From Eubacteriales bacterium (GTDB lineage Bacteria; Bacillota; Clostridia; Christensenellales; CAG-314): a stretch of DNA of 64,000 bases. Positions 46,101 through 55,105 of the stretch are shown piece after piece; positions within the stretch are counted from its first letter, which is position 1, and each line of letters starts with the position of its first letter. The translations under genes and the position numbers were made by a program. The DNA lies in NCBI GenBank assembly GCA_035446985.1, contig DAOTGG010000002.1:1925-65924 (forward strand). The letters are read 5' to 3'. The notes below the pieces were generated by a model. That model made no database searches and was not told the origin of the DNA. It saw only the letters and a program-made list of their open reading frames with translations.

Positions 46101-46613
46101 CTACCTTTCTATTTTTATATTCGGGCATTTTTCTTTCATGAATTCTAAAAAATCTTCCGCCGAGCCGTAAGTAAAATTTCTTTTATCGATTATATACATA
46201 AGAAGATTAGTTCTTGAAATTAGTAACAGTAAATTTTTAGTTATAATCATTTTAGTAAATATTTTGTAAAATCGTTTAGTTTCCGTACCGGTTGTTTCGT
46301 TAATCGAAAATATATATTCATCATAAAATTGCATTTTTACAGTGGTTATACCTTCGTTTTTAATTACTCTATTTGAAGCTAAATAAGGATTTGCGATAAT
46401 TAAAAAAATAGATAAAATTAAAAACGTACCAAATAGTACTACATATAAGTAGTTAGTATAACTAATTCCTCTCACGAAAAAAAGCAAAAGCATTACGCAA
46501 CTCAAAAATATCAATATAATAAAATAAAGACTTCCTTTAAAATTCCAATAGTTTTTTTTCTGCATTTCTAACAAAACATTTTTGCTTTGAGTTGTCACAT
46601 TTTCAAATTTCAT
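46101..46613 (-). CDS. YcxB-like membrane protein (two TM helices plus C-terminal beta-rich domain)
   Basis: 170 aa. The architecture and size resemble B. subtilis YcxB-type proteins. This is a family-level guess only. Confidence 0.4.
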   Translation of the reverse strand: MKFENVTTQSKNVLLEMQKKNYWNFKGSLYFIILIFLSCVMLLLFFVRGISYTNYLYVVLFGTFLILSIFLIIANPYLASNRVIKNEGITTVKMQFYDEYIFSINETTGTETKRFYKIFTKMIITKNLLLLISRTNLLMYIIDKRNFTYGSAEDFLEFMKEKCPNIKIER

Positions 46614-46731
46614 AAAAAACTCCTCAATAATTTTATAATAATATTGTACTATAATTAAACTTCAAATACAATAGAAAAAACGGATTTTTACTACAAAATC
46701 CGTTTTTGTTTACTTTAAATATGTAATTTTC

Positions 46732-47658
46732 TTATGCTTCTTTTTTTGCTTTTTTAGCTTGTTTTTTTGCGAGCTTTTTTGCGGCTATTTTTTCTTTTTC
46801 TATCTCCGCATCGACTTTAGCGTCATGATATTCTTCTTCCAAGTTTTCAATATTAGACAGCAGTCTTTTTGCCAAATGGAAGGATTTACCAAAATATAGT
46901 CCGTCGCATATTCTTTCATCAGCTGAAACGCCGAGTGTCAAAATCTTTTTCGCCGCAATACTGCCGTCGTCATTAACTACGGCTTTCATATTTTCCTTGC
47001 CCATAGCGACGAAAACACTCGTAGTGCCAAAATCGTAGCAATGATGCACTATCGTGTTGGTTTTGATTGATTTTAGGTTTGTGATAAAAAAGCTGGTGTG
47101 GAAAGGACTAATGTCTTCAAAAGCTTTCGGCATAATATTGTGTCTGTCCATATTTCTAAGCAGTCCTACAAGTATCTTTGCGCCGAAAACGGGCATTCCG
47201 CCAATGCTGTTCGCTTTGCGTTGAGTTGCGTTGACTTGTCCCGCGGAAGCGATATTGGTCGTAATAATTTCGTCAAGCTTGTCTCTGATTTGTTTTATCG
47301 TTTCATAACCCAAAAAAGTGTGTTTTATCGTTATTTCGTCCGCTTCGTCTTTTAACGTCTGCTTAATGGTAAAAGATACGGTTACGCGATGTCTTTCATA
47401 CAAACGGCAGTTCATCGTATATCTATTAAGCTGCGGGCGCATCGCCATAGTACGAACCAAAGCGGCGATCATAATGTGCATATAATTATATTTTTCGCCT
47501 TCTTCTTTTTTGCGCGCGATAAATTTGTCAATAGGCTCGCAGTCGATATCTAAAAAGGTATAGTTCGTGGCATCGTAACGACGAGGCATAATAGCCATTG
47601 CCACGCTGAAAGTCGGGTCTAAATTTTTAACTAAAAAAGCGTCTCTTCTTTTTTTCAT
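46732..47658 (-). CDS. 2-oxoacid dehydrogenase E2/CAT-like acyltransferase-fold protein with atypical active-site motif and Lys-rich tail
   Basis: 308 aa. The layout parallels the E2 catalytic domain. SADERICDG occupies the position of DHRxxDG (His replaced by Glu). The C-terminal ~45 residues (DAKVDAEIEKEKIAAKKLAKKQAKKAKKEA) are Lys/Ala/Glu-rich. Confidence 0.45.
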   Translation of the reverse strand: MKKRRDAFLVKNLDPTFSVAMAIMPRRYDATNYTFLDIDCEPIDKFIARKKEEGEKYNYMHIMIAALVRTMAMRPQLNRYTMNCRLYERHRVTVSFTIKQTLKDEADEITIKHTFLGYETIKQIRDKLDEIITTNIASAGQVNATQRKANSIGGMPVFGAKILVGLLRNMDRHNIMPKAFEDISPFHTSFFITNLKSIKTNTIVHHCYDFGTTSVFVAMGKENMKAVVNDDGSIAAKKILTLGVSADERICDGLYFGKSFHLAKRLLSNIENLEEEYHDAKVDAEIEKEKIAAKKLAKKQAKKAKKEA

Positions 47659-47757
47659 TTAAATATCTCCTATAAAAAAAATAAAATAATTACGCTACTA
47701 TATTAGCAAATTACTTTATCTTTTTCAAGTCGTTTTGCGTTAAAATGTCTATTATTT

Positions 47758-48657
47758 TTATAAATCGTCTCTATTTTTGTCCAAATCCTCTTCTTTGTTG
47801 ACAAATCCTCTGCCAACGACTTCTTTTACCCGCACGACGTATGCGAACGCGCTCGGGTCGAGTTCTCGCATTATTTTTCTTGCCAAGCTGAGTTGGCGTC
47901 TATTCATAACGCAAATAAGTTTTGTTTTGTTTGTCAGCGAATACATACCTGTAATGCTTACCGCGGTAACGCCGTGGTGCAGTTCTTTCATCAGACTTTG
48001 GGAAACTTCTTCGGGTTTTTCGGTAACTATTTCAACGGCGATAGCCGACGAGTAACCGCGGAAAATCTGCTCCTCGGTAATCTGCGAACAGAACAAAGTA
48101 ATGATTGAAAATACGAAAATATCAAAGTTTTGCAGCACGAGCGCGCCTGCGATTATCGTGCCTACCGATATATAAAGATTTATCCGCATAAGCGACTTTG
48201 ACGATGATTTTCTTATAAGCAGCGAAACTATATCGCTTCCGCCCGTCGAGCCTTGAATAGAAAGCATAAGAGGCAACGCCAGTCCCGACAACGCTCCGCC
48301 GATTATCGCGTACACAACCTTGTATTCCGCCGCCGTCGTGTCAAGAAGATCCGCCAAATTGAGGTAGTCTATAATCCACATAAAAATTGCGGTTACTAAA
48401 ACGTTTGCAAGGGTTTTCCAAGTCAGACGCTTGCCCAGCGCAAAATACGCGGCGATAAGCAAAGGCACGTTCAAAAAAATCAGCCAGTAAGCAGCGCGGA
48501 AAATTTCTCCTGTAAAGAGCAAATCCAGCGTGCCAGCTATACCCAGCACACCGCCAACCAAAATATTATTCGGCAACAAAAACAGCTGCATAGCAACCGC
48601 TCTTAAAAGCGAGGACAGAGTAATCATGGCTACTACGTTTAAAATATTTTTTTTCAT
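47758..48657 (-). CDS. YitT family membrane protein (DUF2179 C-terminal domain)
   Basis: 299 aa. LPNNILVGGVLGIA and GSTGGSDIV are YitT motifs. There is a C-terminal soluble domain. Confidence 0.75.
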   Translation of the reverse strand: MKKNILNVVAMITLSSLLRAVAMQLFLLPNNILVGGVLGIAGTLDLLFTGEIFRAAYWLIFLNVPLLIAAYFALGKRLTWKTLANVLVTAIFMWIIDYLNLADLLDTTAAEYKVVYAIIGGALSGLALPLMLSIQGSTGGSDIVSLLIRKSSSKSLMRINLYISVGTIIAGALVLQNFDIFVFSIITLFCSQITEEQIFRGYSSAIAVEIVTEKPEEVSQSLMKELHHGVTAVSITGMYSLTNKTKLICVMNRRQLSLARKIMRELDPSAFAYVVRVKEVVGRGFVNKEEDLDKNRDDL

Positions 48658-49554
48658 TTATTTCCACCTGTATTTTTTGTTAAAACCGGGACGGGTAATA
48701 ACGTCGTCCACTCTCATTGTAAAACTAAAACTGCCAGGGTCTATTTCTTTTATCCATTTTTTCAAAGCGGGAACCTGTCTTTCCTGAACGACAACCATTA
48801 ACATAGATTTCGGCTGAAAGTCTTCGTATTGCGGCGTAATGCCTTTAACGAGCGTCATACTTACGCCCCTTTTAAGATGCTCCAAAATACTTTTTGACAT
48901 TTCTTCGCCCTTTTCCGTGATGATAACGAATTTTTGCGCGGGGTCGAAGCCTCGCGACAAAATACGATAGGTAGCCGACGAAACATAACTAAGCGCGAGC
49001 GAATAAACGACAATCCAAAAATCGTAAACCACTCCCGTGCCTGTGAAAAATCCGCCTACGCCCATAATGAACAAATTAAATAAAAACAGAAGATTACCAG
49101 GGTCAGCGTCGGGATTTTTTTTCATAATAAGCCGCGCCACTATTTCCGTGCCGCCGTTACTGCCGCCCACCGCGAATGCGAGTTTTAATGAAATGCCGCC
49201 CAAAATACCGCTTAGAAACATACAAATGAGTTTATCGGAAGTAAAAACGGGCAGGTTAATTGCGTCGAAAAGCATCATAAACAATGTCGCCGCCGTCGCC
49301 GAAACCACCGTTTTAAATGAAAAATCTTTATTCAAAAAAATTAAAGACAAAACCAGTAACGGCAAATTGAGAACGTAAAAACCGTATTTTGCGTCAAGTA
49401 TGCCGCAAAACTCTAATATAGCCGCTATACCGCTTACGCCGCCGGGAACAAACTTGTTCGGCAGAATAAAAACGTGCATATATATCGCAATCAATAACGC
49501 TGCAAGGATGATTGCGCCGTATTCTTTTACTATTTGAAAAAAGCTTTTTTTCAT
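48658..49554 (-). CDS. YitT family membrane protein, second tandem paralog
   Basis: The start was moved to MKKSFFQIV (the upstream extension looks non-coding). It has LPNKFVPGGVSGIA and GGSNGGTEIV motifs. Its stop abuts the start of 47758-48657. Confidence 0.75.
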   Translation of the reverse strand: MKKSFFQIVKEYGAIILAALLIAIYMHVFILPNKFVPGGVSGIAAILEFCGILDAKYGFYVLNLPLLVLSLIFLNKDFSFKTVVSATAATLFMMLFDAINLPVFTSDKLICMFLSGILGGISLKLAFAVGGSNGGTEIVARLIMKKNPDADPGNLLFLFNLFIMGVGGFFTGTGVVYDFWIVVYSLALSYVSSATYRILSRGFDPAQKFVIITEKGEEMSKSILEHLKRGVSMTLVKGITPQYEDFQPKSMLMVVVQERQVPALKKWIKEIDPGSFSFTMRVDDVITRPGFNKKYRWK

Positions 49555-49743
49555 AGTAATAAATGTATCAAAGTCAAAGCTAAAAGTCAATATATATAAG
49601 CCGCGCCGAAAAAAATATTTTACTTCAAAAAAATAATAACCGCCCATTTGAGAAATGTTTAAAAATTATGCTCGTTCAAATTATATCTATAAAATTAGGC
49701 GATGAAATCCATTTTCGATTATAAAATATCTCTATAATTGTTT

Positions 49744-49779
49744 ATAAAAATAAAACCGCCCCTTACTAACAAGGGGCGG
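49744..49779 (-). terminator. Intrinsic terminator
   Basis: On the minus strand, the CCGCCCCUUGUUAGUAAGGGGCGG hairpin is followed by UUUUAUUUUU. Confidence 0.8.
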
Positions 49780-49784
49780 TCGCC

Positions 49785-50399
49785 TTAACCGTTAAACATT
49801 TTACTCAATGAAACGTGTAAAGAATCTATTACTTTATCGATGGTGTCGCTGTCGATTATACCGCCGAGTAAAGCGATAAGATTTTCCTTTTTTATTTCAT
49901 CTGTGGCGTTTTCGGCATAAATCGCGCTAGCGTTAGCGGCTATCGTGCAGATTTCGCCGACAAATTGTTTTTCGCTCAGCTCGCCGCTGACAAGACGCTT
50001 TTTAGCGTCCGTCAACGTGAGCAGCTGATTGTAAAAAAGACTAAAAACGTCGCTTTTGAGTAGCTGCTTTAAACTCGTTCCGTTTATAGATGAAACGAGC
50101 TTATAAATAGCCATAGAAAGCGCGCCCATAGTCAGAGTTTCAACCAAAACGAAAGAAATCTGTTCGCCTGCCGAAGAAAATTTTAAAATAAAACTCGCCA
50201 CTCCCGAAATAACCGCGCCGAACGCAAAAGGCAAAACGGCGCAAGGGTCGAAAGAGTGAGTCAAATCGATTTTCAGCTTTGGCAAAAGTTTTTTGATAAG
50301 GCCGGTTAACAAGCAGCAAACGATAGCCCCTCCGACAAGAAGCAAATTTTCACCGCTTGAAAGTGAAAGAATGGTTTCAATAACAGAGTTAAATTCCAT
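49785..50399 (-). CDS. Hypothetical membrane protein
   Basis: The start was moved to MEFNSVIE (GGGAGG lies 10 nt upstream). It has three to four TM helices and then a helical soluble tail. No motif recognised. Confidence 0.4.
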   Translation of the reverse strand: MEFNSVIETILSLSSGENLLLVGGAIVCCLLTGLIKKLLPKLKIDLTHSFDPCAVLPFAFGAVISGVASFILKFSSAGEQISFVLVETLTMGALSMAIYKLVSSINGTSLKQLLKSDVFSLFYNQLLTLTDAKKRLVSGELSEKQFVGEICTIAANASAIYAENATDEIKKENLIALLGGIIDSDTIDKVIDSLHVSLSKMFNG

Positions 50400-50576
50400 A
50401 AAATCGCTACCTCCCGTAAATAAAATTTTTGACGGAAATGGCGCAACCCCGAAAAATTCCATTCTTCGAAAAAAACGCCGCAATAATTTTTGCGACGCCT
50501 TTATTTTAACATTCTTTTTTTATTTTTCTGTTTTCTTTGCCACTTTTTTGCTTTAACTAAAACTACTTAGGTAACT

Positions 50577-51401
50577 TCATTTACTTTTTTTGTTTTCGCT
50601 CATATTTACCGCAACTTGATAAATTTCGTTTTTGTTTACCTTGCGGTCTTTGGCTGTTTTTTTGACGGCTTCGGACTTGTCAAATCCCTTATCCATATAA
50701 AATTTTATATGCTCTTCTATCGTCATATTCATAAAAGCGTCGGTCTTATTACCGTCCACTACAATGACAAATTCTCCTTTTTCCATCTCGATACTAATAT
50801 CTTTCAATTCGCCGAAATAAACGCTTTCATACATTTTTGAAATTTCTCTCGCCACGCAAACCTTGCGTTCACCCAAAACTGAATAAAGATATTTCATGTC
50901 GTCATTAACGTCATGCACCGACGAATAAAAAATAAGAGTATGTTTAATAGGCAGCGTTTCAATTAAACGCTGTCTGTCGATATTTTTTTCAGGCAAAAAA
51001 CCAACGAATGTAAACGGAGCGGAAAATCCCGACAAAACGAAAGCGTTGACTAATGCGCTCGCTCCCGAAATAACCGTGTAACTGATGCCGTTTGCGATAA
51101 GCTCACGCACCAAAATATTGCCCGGGTCGGAAACGCAAGGCATACCCGCGTCCGTAATAACGGCGATTTTTTTGCCGTTACCAACATCATTCAAAACGCT
51201 TTGAACCGCGCTTTTTTCATTAAATTTATGATAGGCTACAAGCGGTTTTTTGATTTCATAACGGTTCAATAAAATCAAAGCGTGACGTGTGTCTTCGCAG
51301 TAAATAACGTCAACGCTTTTTAGCGTGTCGATAGCGCGAAAAGTTATTTCGTCCAAATTGCCTATTGGAGTAGCTACAAAATAAACGCTGTACTCAGTCA
51401 T
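50577..51401 (-). CDS. rsmI: 16S rRNA (cytidine1402-2'-O)-methyltransferase
   Basis: VYFVATPIGNLDEITFRAIDTLKSVDVIYCEDTRH is the RsmI signature. The start is at MTEYS, overlapping the upstream gene by 8 nt. Confidence 0.9.
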   Translation of the reverse strand: MTEYSVYFVATPIGNLDEITFRAIDTLKSVDVIYCEDTRHALILLNRYEIKKPLVAYHKFNEKSAVQSVLNDVGNGKKIAVITDAGMPCVSDPGNILVRELIANGISYTVISGASALVNAFVLSGFSAPFTFVGFLPEKNIDRQRLIETLPIKHTLIFYSSVHDVNDDMKYLYSVLGERKVCVAREISKMYESVYFGELKDISIEMEKGEFVIVVDGNKTDAFMNMTIEEHIKFYMDKGFDKSEAVKKTAKDRKVNKNEIYQVAVNMSENKKSK

Positions 51402-52140
51402 TTCTTTCTCCGTAAAGGTCCGCGACCGTTTTTGTGTATTTGCCGTCATCATCAAAAATAACGATATCGGGCAAAATTTTTAGTCCGAGTCCGCCGTTTT
51501 TACGCCCCCTGATTAACACCAGATTGGGCGTTTGGTTTATTCTCGGGCGTATAAAACATATTTCTTTCGGCTCTATTTTGTTTTTCGTCATTTCGCAAAA
51601 TATTTCCGACAGCCGTTCCGTTTGATGCACAAGGTACAGCGAGCCTTTGCTGGTGAGTAACTTTGAAGCCGTTTCGATAAGCTCTGACAATGTTATTTTT
51701 ATTTCTTGTCTTGCTATGGCTTTGGTTTCGTTTTCTATGGGCAAGCCCGAGCCTACTTTTATATACGGCGGATTTGATACGACGGCGTCGTAATTTCCGC
51801 CCAGTATTTCGTGACAAGTTTTAATGTCGCAATTAAAAATTTTTATTGTCTCGCCTTGTCCGTTCATTTCCACAGTCCGTTTTGACATTTCATATAAAGA
51901 CGGTTGAATTTCCACGGCGGAGACGGATTTTGGCTTGCTTTTGTAGGCAATCAGCGTCGAGATAACCGCGCTGCCGCTGCCAAGCTCCACGACTTTTTTG
52001 CCTTTGACTTCTTTTACAAAATTAGCCAGCAGCACGGCGTCGGTCGTAAAACGGTAACCGTCCGTCTGCTGAATTATTTTCAGTCCGCCTACTTGCAAGT
52101 CTTCAATTTTTTCATTTGGATAAATTACCGTATCTGTCAT
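51394..52140 (-). CDS. tRNA (adenine-N6)-methyltransferase (TrmN6/YfiC/YabB-like)
   Basis: 248 aa with the SAM-binding VVELGSGSAV and the catalytic NPPY (VVSNPPYIKVG). It occupies the same position as B. subtilis yabB, upstream of yabC/rsmI. Confidence 0.8.
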   Translation of the reverse strand: MTDTVIYPNEKIEDLQVGGLKIIQQTDGYRFTTDAVLLANFVKEVKGKKVVELGSGSAVISTLIAYKSKPKSVSAVEIQPSLYEMSKRTVEMNGQGETIKIFNCDIKTCHEILGGNYDAVVSNPPYIKVGSGLPIENETKAIARQEIKITLSELIETASKLLTSKGSLYLVHQTERLSEIFCEMTKNKIEPKEICFIRPRINQTPNLVLIRGRKNGGLGLKILPDIVIFDDDGKYTKTVADLYGERND

Positions 52141-52146
52141 AAATAG

Positions 52147-52175
52147 ATTTTATATTTTTGTTCCCCCGTTGTCAA
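52147..52175 (-). promoter_or_regulatory. Sigma-A-type promoter giving an apparently leaderless trmN6-rsmI mRNA
   Basis: On the minus strand: TTGACA (52170-52175), 17 nt, TAAAAT (52147-52152), then 6 nt (CTATTT) before the ATG at 52140. No Shine-Dalgarno sequence is possible. Confidence 0.5.
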
Positions 52176-52351
52176 TCATAAAAAAAGCTGTTCGCTTTGT
52201 CCTTTTTATTTACAAAATTATAAAAACTCAAACTTTCCTTTTTTGAAAATTGCAAATTTTTAACTCTCTTTTTTATTAGACCGCTTGATGGATTGATAAA
52301 TTAGTTTTGCCCTATTATAAAAGCTTTCGCAATCCTATCTAGATTTATTTT

Positions 52352-52384
52352 AAAAAAAAATACCGCTCGGTAATACCGAACGGT
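52352..52384 (-). terminator. Intrinsic terminator of the small ferredoxin gene
   Basis: On the minus strand, the ACCGUUCGGUAUUACCGAGCGGU hairpin is followed by AUUUUUUUUU. Confidence 0.8.
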
Positions 52385-52398
52385 GAAAGGTTTATTTG

Positions 52399-52572
52399 TT
52401 AGCCTTCTTTAATCGCGCTAACGGGACATTGAGCAGCGCACGTTCCGCAACTTATGCAAACTTCTTCATTGATAACATAACTGCTTTCTCCTTCGCTTAT
52501 TGCGTCGGTAGGGCAAACGGATTGGCAACTGCCACAGGAAATACATTCTGACGGAATAATTTTGTATGCCAT
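52399..52572 (-). CDS. 2x[4Fe-4S] ferredoxin (57 aa), missing from the ORF track
   Basis: My translation is MAYKIIPSECISCGSCQSVCPTDAISEGESSYVINEEVCISCGTCAAQCPVSAIKEG, with two CxxCxxCxxxCP motifs. The RBS is AAAGGAGG, 8 nt upstream, and a terminator lies downstream. Confidence 0.85.
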   Translation of the reverse strand: MAYKIIPSECISCGSCQSVCPTDAISEGESSYVINEEVCISCGTCAAQCPVSAIKEG

Positions 52573-52659
52573 AGAGATTACCTCCTTTGTTCTAACTTCA
52601 TTGTAGCACCTAAGAGGTTTTTTGTCTAATATTTAAACTAGAAAAATAATCTCAAATAT

Positions 52660-53532
52660 TTAGTCGATAATAGATTTTATATCGTCGTCAACGTAGTCGT
52701 CGTCATTGCTTTGCGCTATTACGACCGTCGCGGTAATATCCTTAACAGCGTAATCTTTAACCTCTTTATCGCCGTTCGGTAAAGCGATAAAAGCCTTTAC
52801 TCTCTGGCGCAGCAGATCCACAGACTGCACGATTCCTTTTCCGTCGGGAGTGCCGATTTCCGAGCCTATCGCTGGCATAAATTTTGTGGTTTCCGCGTAA
52901 TGGTCGTTTTCGTATTTTAAGCAGCACATCAGTCTGCCGCAAAGCCCCGATATTTTTGTAGGATTCAGCGAAAGTCCTTGCGTTTTTGCCATTTTTATGC
53001 TAACGCGCTCAAAATCGCCCATATGCTCGTTGCAGCAGCAAGGTCTTCCGCACGGTCCTAGACCGCCCAAAAGTTTACATTCGTCCCGAATACCTATTTG
53101 GCGAAGCTCTATTCTTACTCTAAAAACGCTGGCAAGGTCTTTTACCAACTCGCGAAAATCCACTCTGCCTTCGGCTGTGAAATAAAAAATAACTTTCGTG
53201 TTGTCAAAAGTGTATTCCATATCGACGAGCTTCATATTGAGTTTGTGTTTCGTTATTTTTTCGGTGGCGATTTCCATAGCCTTTTCACGCTTGCTCAAAT
53301 TTTCTTTATGCGCGCGCTCATCGTCCGCCGTAGCTTTTCTTATAACGGGCTTTAGCTGTCCGACAATTTCGCTGTCGGGAACTTGTTTTGGGGCAAGCGC
53401 AACGTTGCCGTATTCCACTCCTCTTATCGTCTCAACGATAGCGGCGTCACCAGCCTTGAACTCTATACCGTTAGGAGCAAAATAATAAATTTTCCCCACG
53501 TCCTTAAAACGAATTCCCACTATTTCGGGCAT
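52660..53532 (-). CDS. ricT: PSP1-domain protein RicT (YaaT), stage 0 sporulation/RNA-processing regulator
   Basis: 290 aa. IVGIRFKDVGKIYYF and the Cys cluster GGLGPCGRPCCC...CGRLMCCLKYE are typical of YaaT. Confidence 0.9.
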   Translation of the reverse strand: MPEIVGIRFKDVGKIYYFAPNGIEFKAGDAAIVETIRGVEYGNVALAPKQVPDSEIVGQLKPVIRKATADDERAHKENLSKREKAMEIATEKITKHKLNMKLVDMEYTFDNTKVIFYFTAEGRVDFRELVKDLASVFRVRIELRQIGIRDECKLLGGLGPCGRPCCCNEHMGDFERVSIKMAKTQGLSLNPTKISGLCGRLMCCLKYENDHYAETTKFMPAIGSEIGTPDGKGIVQSVDLLRQRVKAFIALPNGDKEVKDYAVKDITATVVIAQSNDDDYVDDDIKSIID

Positions 53533-54485
53533 ATATATCTAACCTCCAAAATTTTCAAAATTAAATTGTCAAAAACCATATTAAAATTTACATACGAAGC
53601 AAGCTCTTTGTAAGCATTTTCAACTAGCTCGATACATCTTAGCGCCGCCTCGCGCGAATAGTTTTGCGCTATTATTGTAACATCTTTATTTTCTTTAAGC
53701 AAGGTTATTCCGTCGTAAAACCCCACCACCTCGGCAAACAACGCTTCCATTGCGGAAAGCAAAAGCTTGTACCGCTCTTTGTACCTTGCCATATCGGCGA
53801 CGAACGTAAGAGAAACTCTTGTGCTTGTCATATTTTTTAATGCGTTCGCAACGGACTGATAAACGCTTTCCGTAGTTGAGTCATTTACAAGCTCAGTCGC
53901 GGAAGAAATGCTGCCGTCAGAGATAAGAGCGCAGATTTCGGCGGAACGCGGTGAATAACCGCTTTCAAGTAAATAATTTTTGATTTGAGCGAAACTCAGT
54001 TTTGCGATGTCAACCCTTATCGCTCGGCTCGTGACGGTATCGAATAAATCCGCCGTATTAGTTACGCCTATAAAAAAGTAGTTGCCTTCGGGCGGTTCTT
54101 CAAGTATTTTTAGTAATTTTCCCTGCCAGTTTTGGACGGCGGAAACGTTGGATGCGTTTATTATGTAAACCTTGTTTTTGCCTATTGTAGGCGCGGTTTG
54201 AGTTTCGTTTAAAATATCTTTGATATCGTCAACGGACATAGTTTTTCGTCCGTTTAGCGGATAAAAAAAGACGTCGGGATGCCGACCGTTAAATGCCTGA
54301 ACGCAATTGGAGCAGCTGCCGCATCCGCCGTTATCGCAAACGGCAACCGACGACAAATATACTAGCGCGTCAGCCAAAATATTTTGCTCCGCTTGCACAA
54401 CGTAGGCATGCGCCGCATGATTAAGGGCGAACGCGCGTTTAATAGCCTGAACGGATTTATTTTTTTCCAATAATCCCGTTATCAC
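53520..54485 (-). CDS. holB: DNA polymerase III subunit delta'
   Basis: 321 aa. HAYVV is in the box that normally precedes the P-loop-like region. CGSCSNC is the zinc module and ILEEPP the sensor region. It lies in the tmk-holB-ricT order. Confidence 0.8.
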   Translation of the reverse strand: MITGLLEKNKSVQAIKRAFALNHAAHAYVVQAEQNILADALVYLSSVAVCDNGGCGSCSNCVQAFNGRHPDVFFYPLNGRKTMSVDDIKDILNETQTAPTIGKNKVYIINASNVSAVQNWQGKLLKILEEPPEGNYFFIGVTNTADLFDTVTSRAIRVDIAKLSFAQIKNYLLESGYSPRSAEICALISDGSISSATELVNDSTTESVYQSVANALKNMTSTRVSLTFVADMARYKERYKLLLSAMEALFAEVVGFYDGITLLKENKDVTIIAQNYSREAALRCIELVENAYKELASYVNFNMVFDNLILKILEVRYICPK

Positions 54486-55105
54486 TTAATGATGCCTCTT
54501 TTTCTCATCTCGCTGACGATTTTTTCGTGCGTTTCGGTTTTGCTTCCTTTTGCGTCTATAACTACAAACCGCTCTGGGTAGCTGTCTATAAGCATATGAT
54601 ATCCGTCGTAAACTTTTTTGTAAAAATCTTTGTCGCAAATTTCAAGACGGTCTTTAACATCGTTGCCGCCCTTGCGTTCAAAAGCCAGCTCGGGTGTAAG
54701 CTCCAAAAAGAAAGTGTATTCGGGCATATATTCGCCCACGGCAATATCGTTTAACGCTTTTACGTTCTCGTAGCCAAGCCCCCGTCCAAGCCCTTGATAA
54801 ACATAAGACGAGTCTACAAAACGATCGCAAATTACAGTTTTGCCTTCTTTTAACGCGGGAATAACGATATCGTTAAGATGCTGTATTCTCGCGCTCGCAT
54901 ACAAAAACGCTTCGCATTTGTCGCACATTGTGTCGTTTTCGGAATCCAAAATAATGTTGCGGATTTTTTCGGCAACTTTACTTCCGCCGGGTTCACGGGT
55001 AAACACAACGTTTTGATTAGTCTTTTCGCAATATTCTTTTAATTTTGCGGTCTGGTAGGTTTTGCCTACTCCGTCGCAGCCTTCTATCGTTATAAATCCT
55101 TTCAT
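54482..55105 (-). CDS. tmk: Thymidylate kinase
   Basis: 207 aa. FITIEGCDGVGKTYQ is the P-loop; the DRF motif (ICDRFVDSS) is also present. Confidence 0.92.
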   Translation of the reverse strand: MKGFITIEGCDGVGKTYQTAKLKEYCEKTNQNVVFTREPGGSKVAEKIRNIILDSENDTMCDKCEAFLYASARIQHLNDIVIPALKEGKTVICDRFVDSSYVYQGLGRGLGYENVKALNDIAVGEYMPEYTFFLELTPELAFERKGGNDVKDRLEICDKDFYKKVYDGYHMLIDSYPERFVVIDAKGSKTETHEKIVSEMRKRGIIK

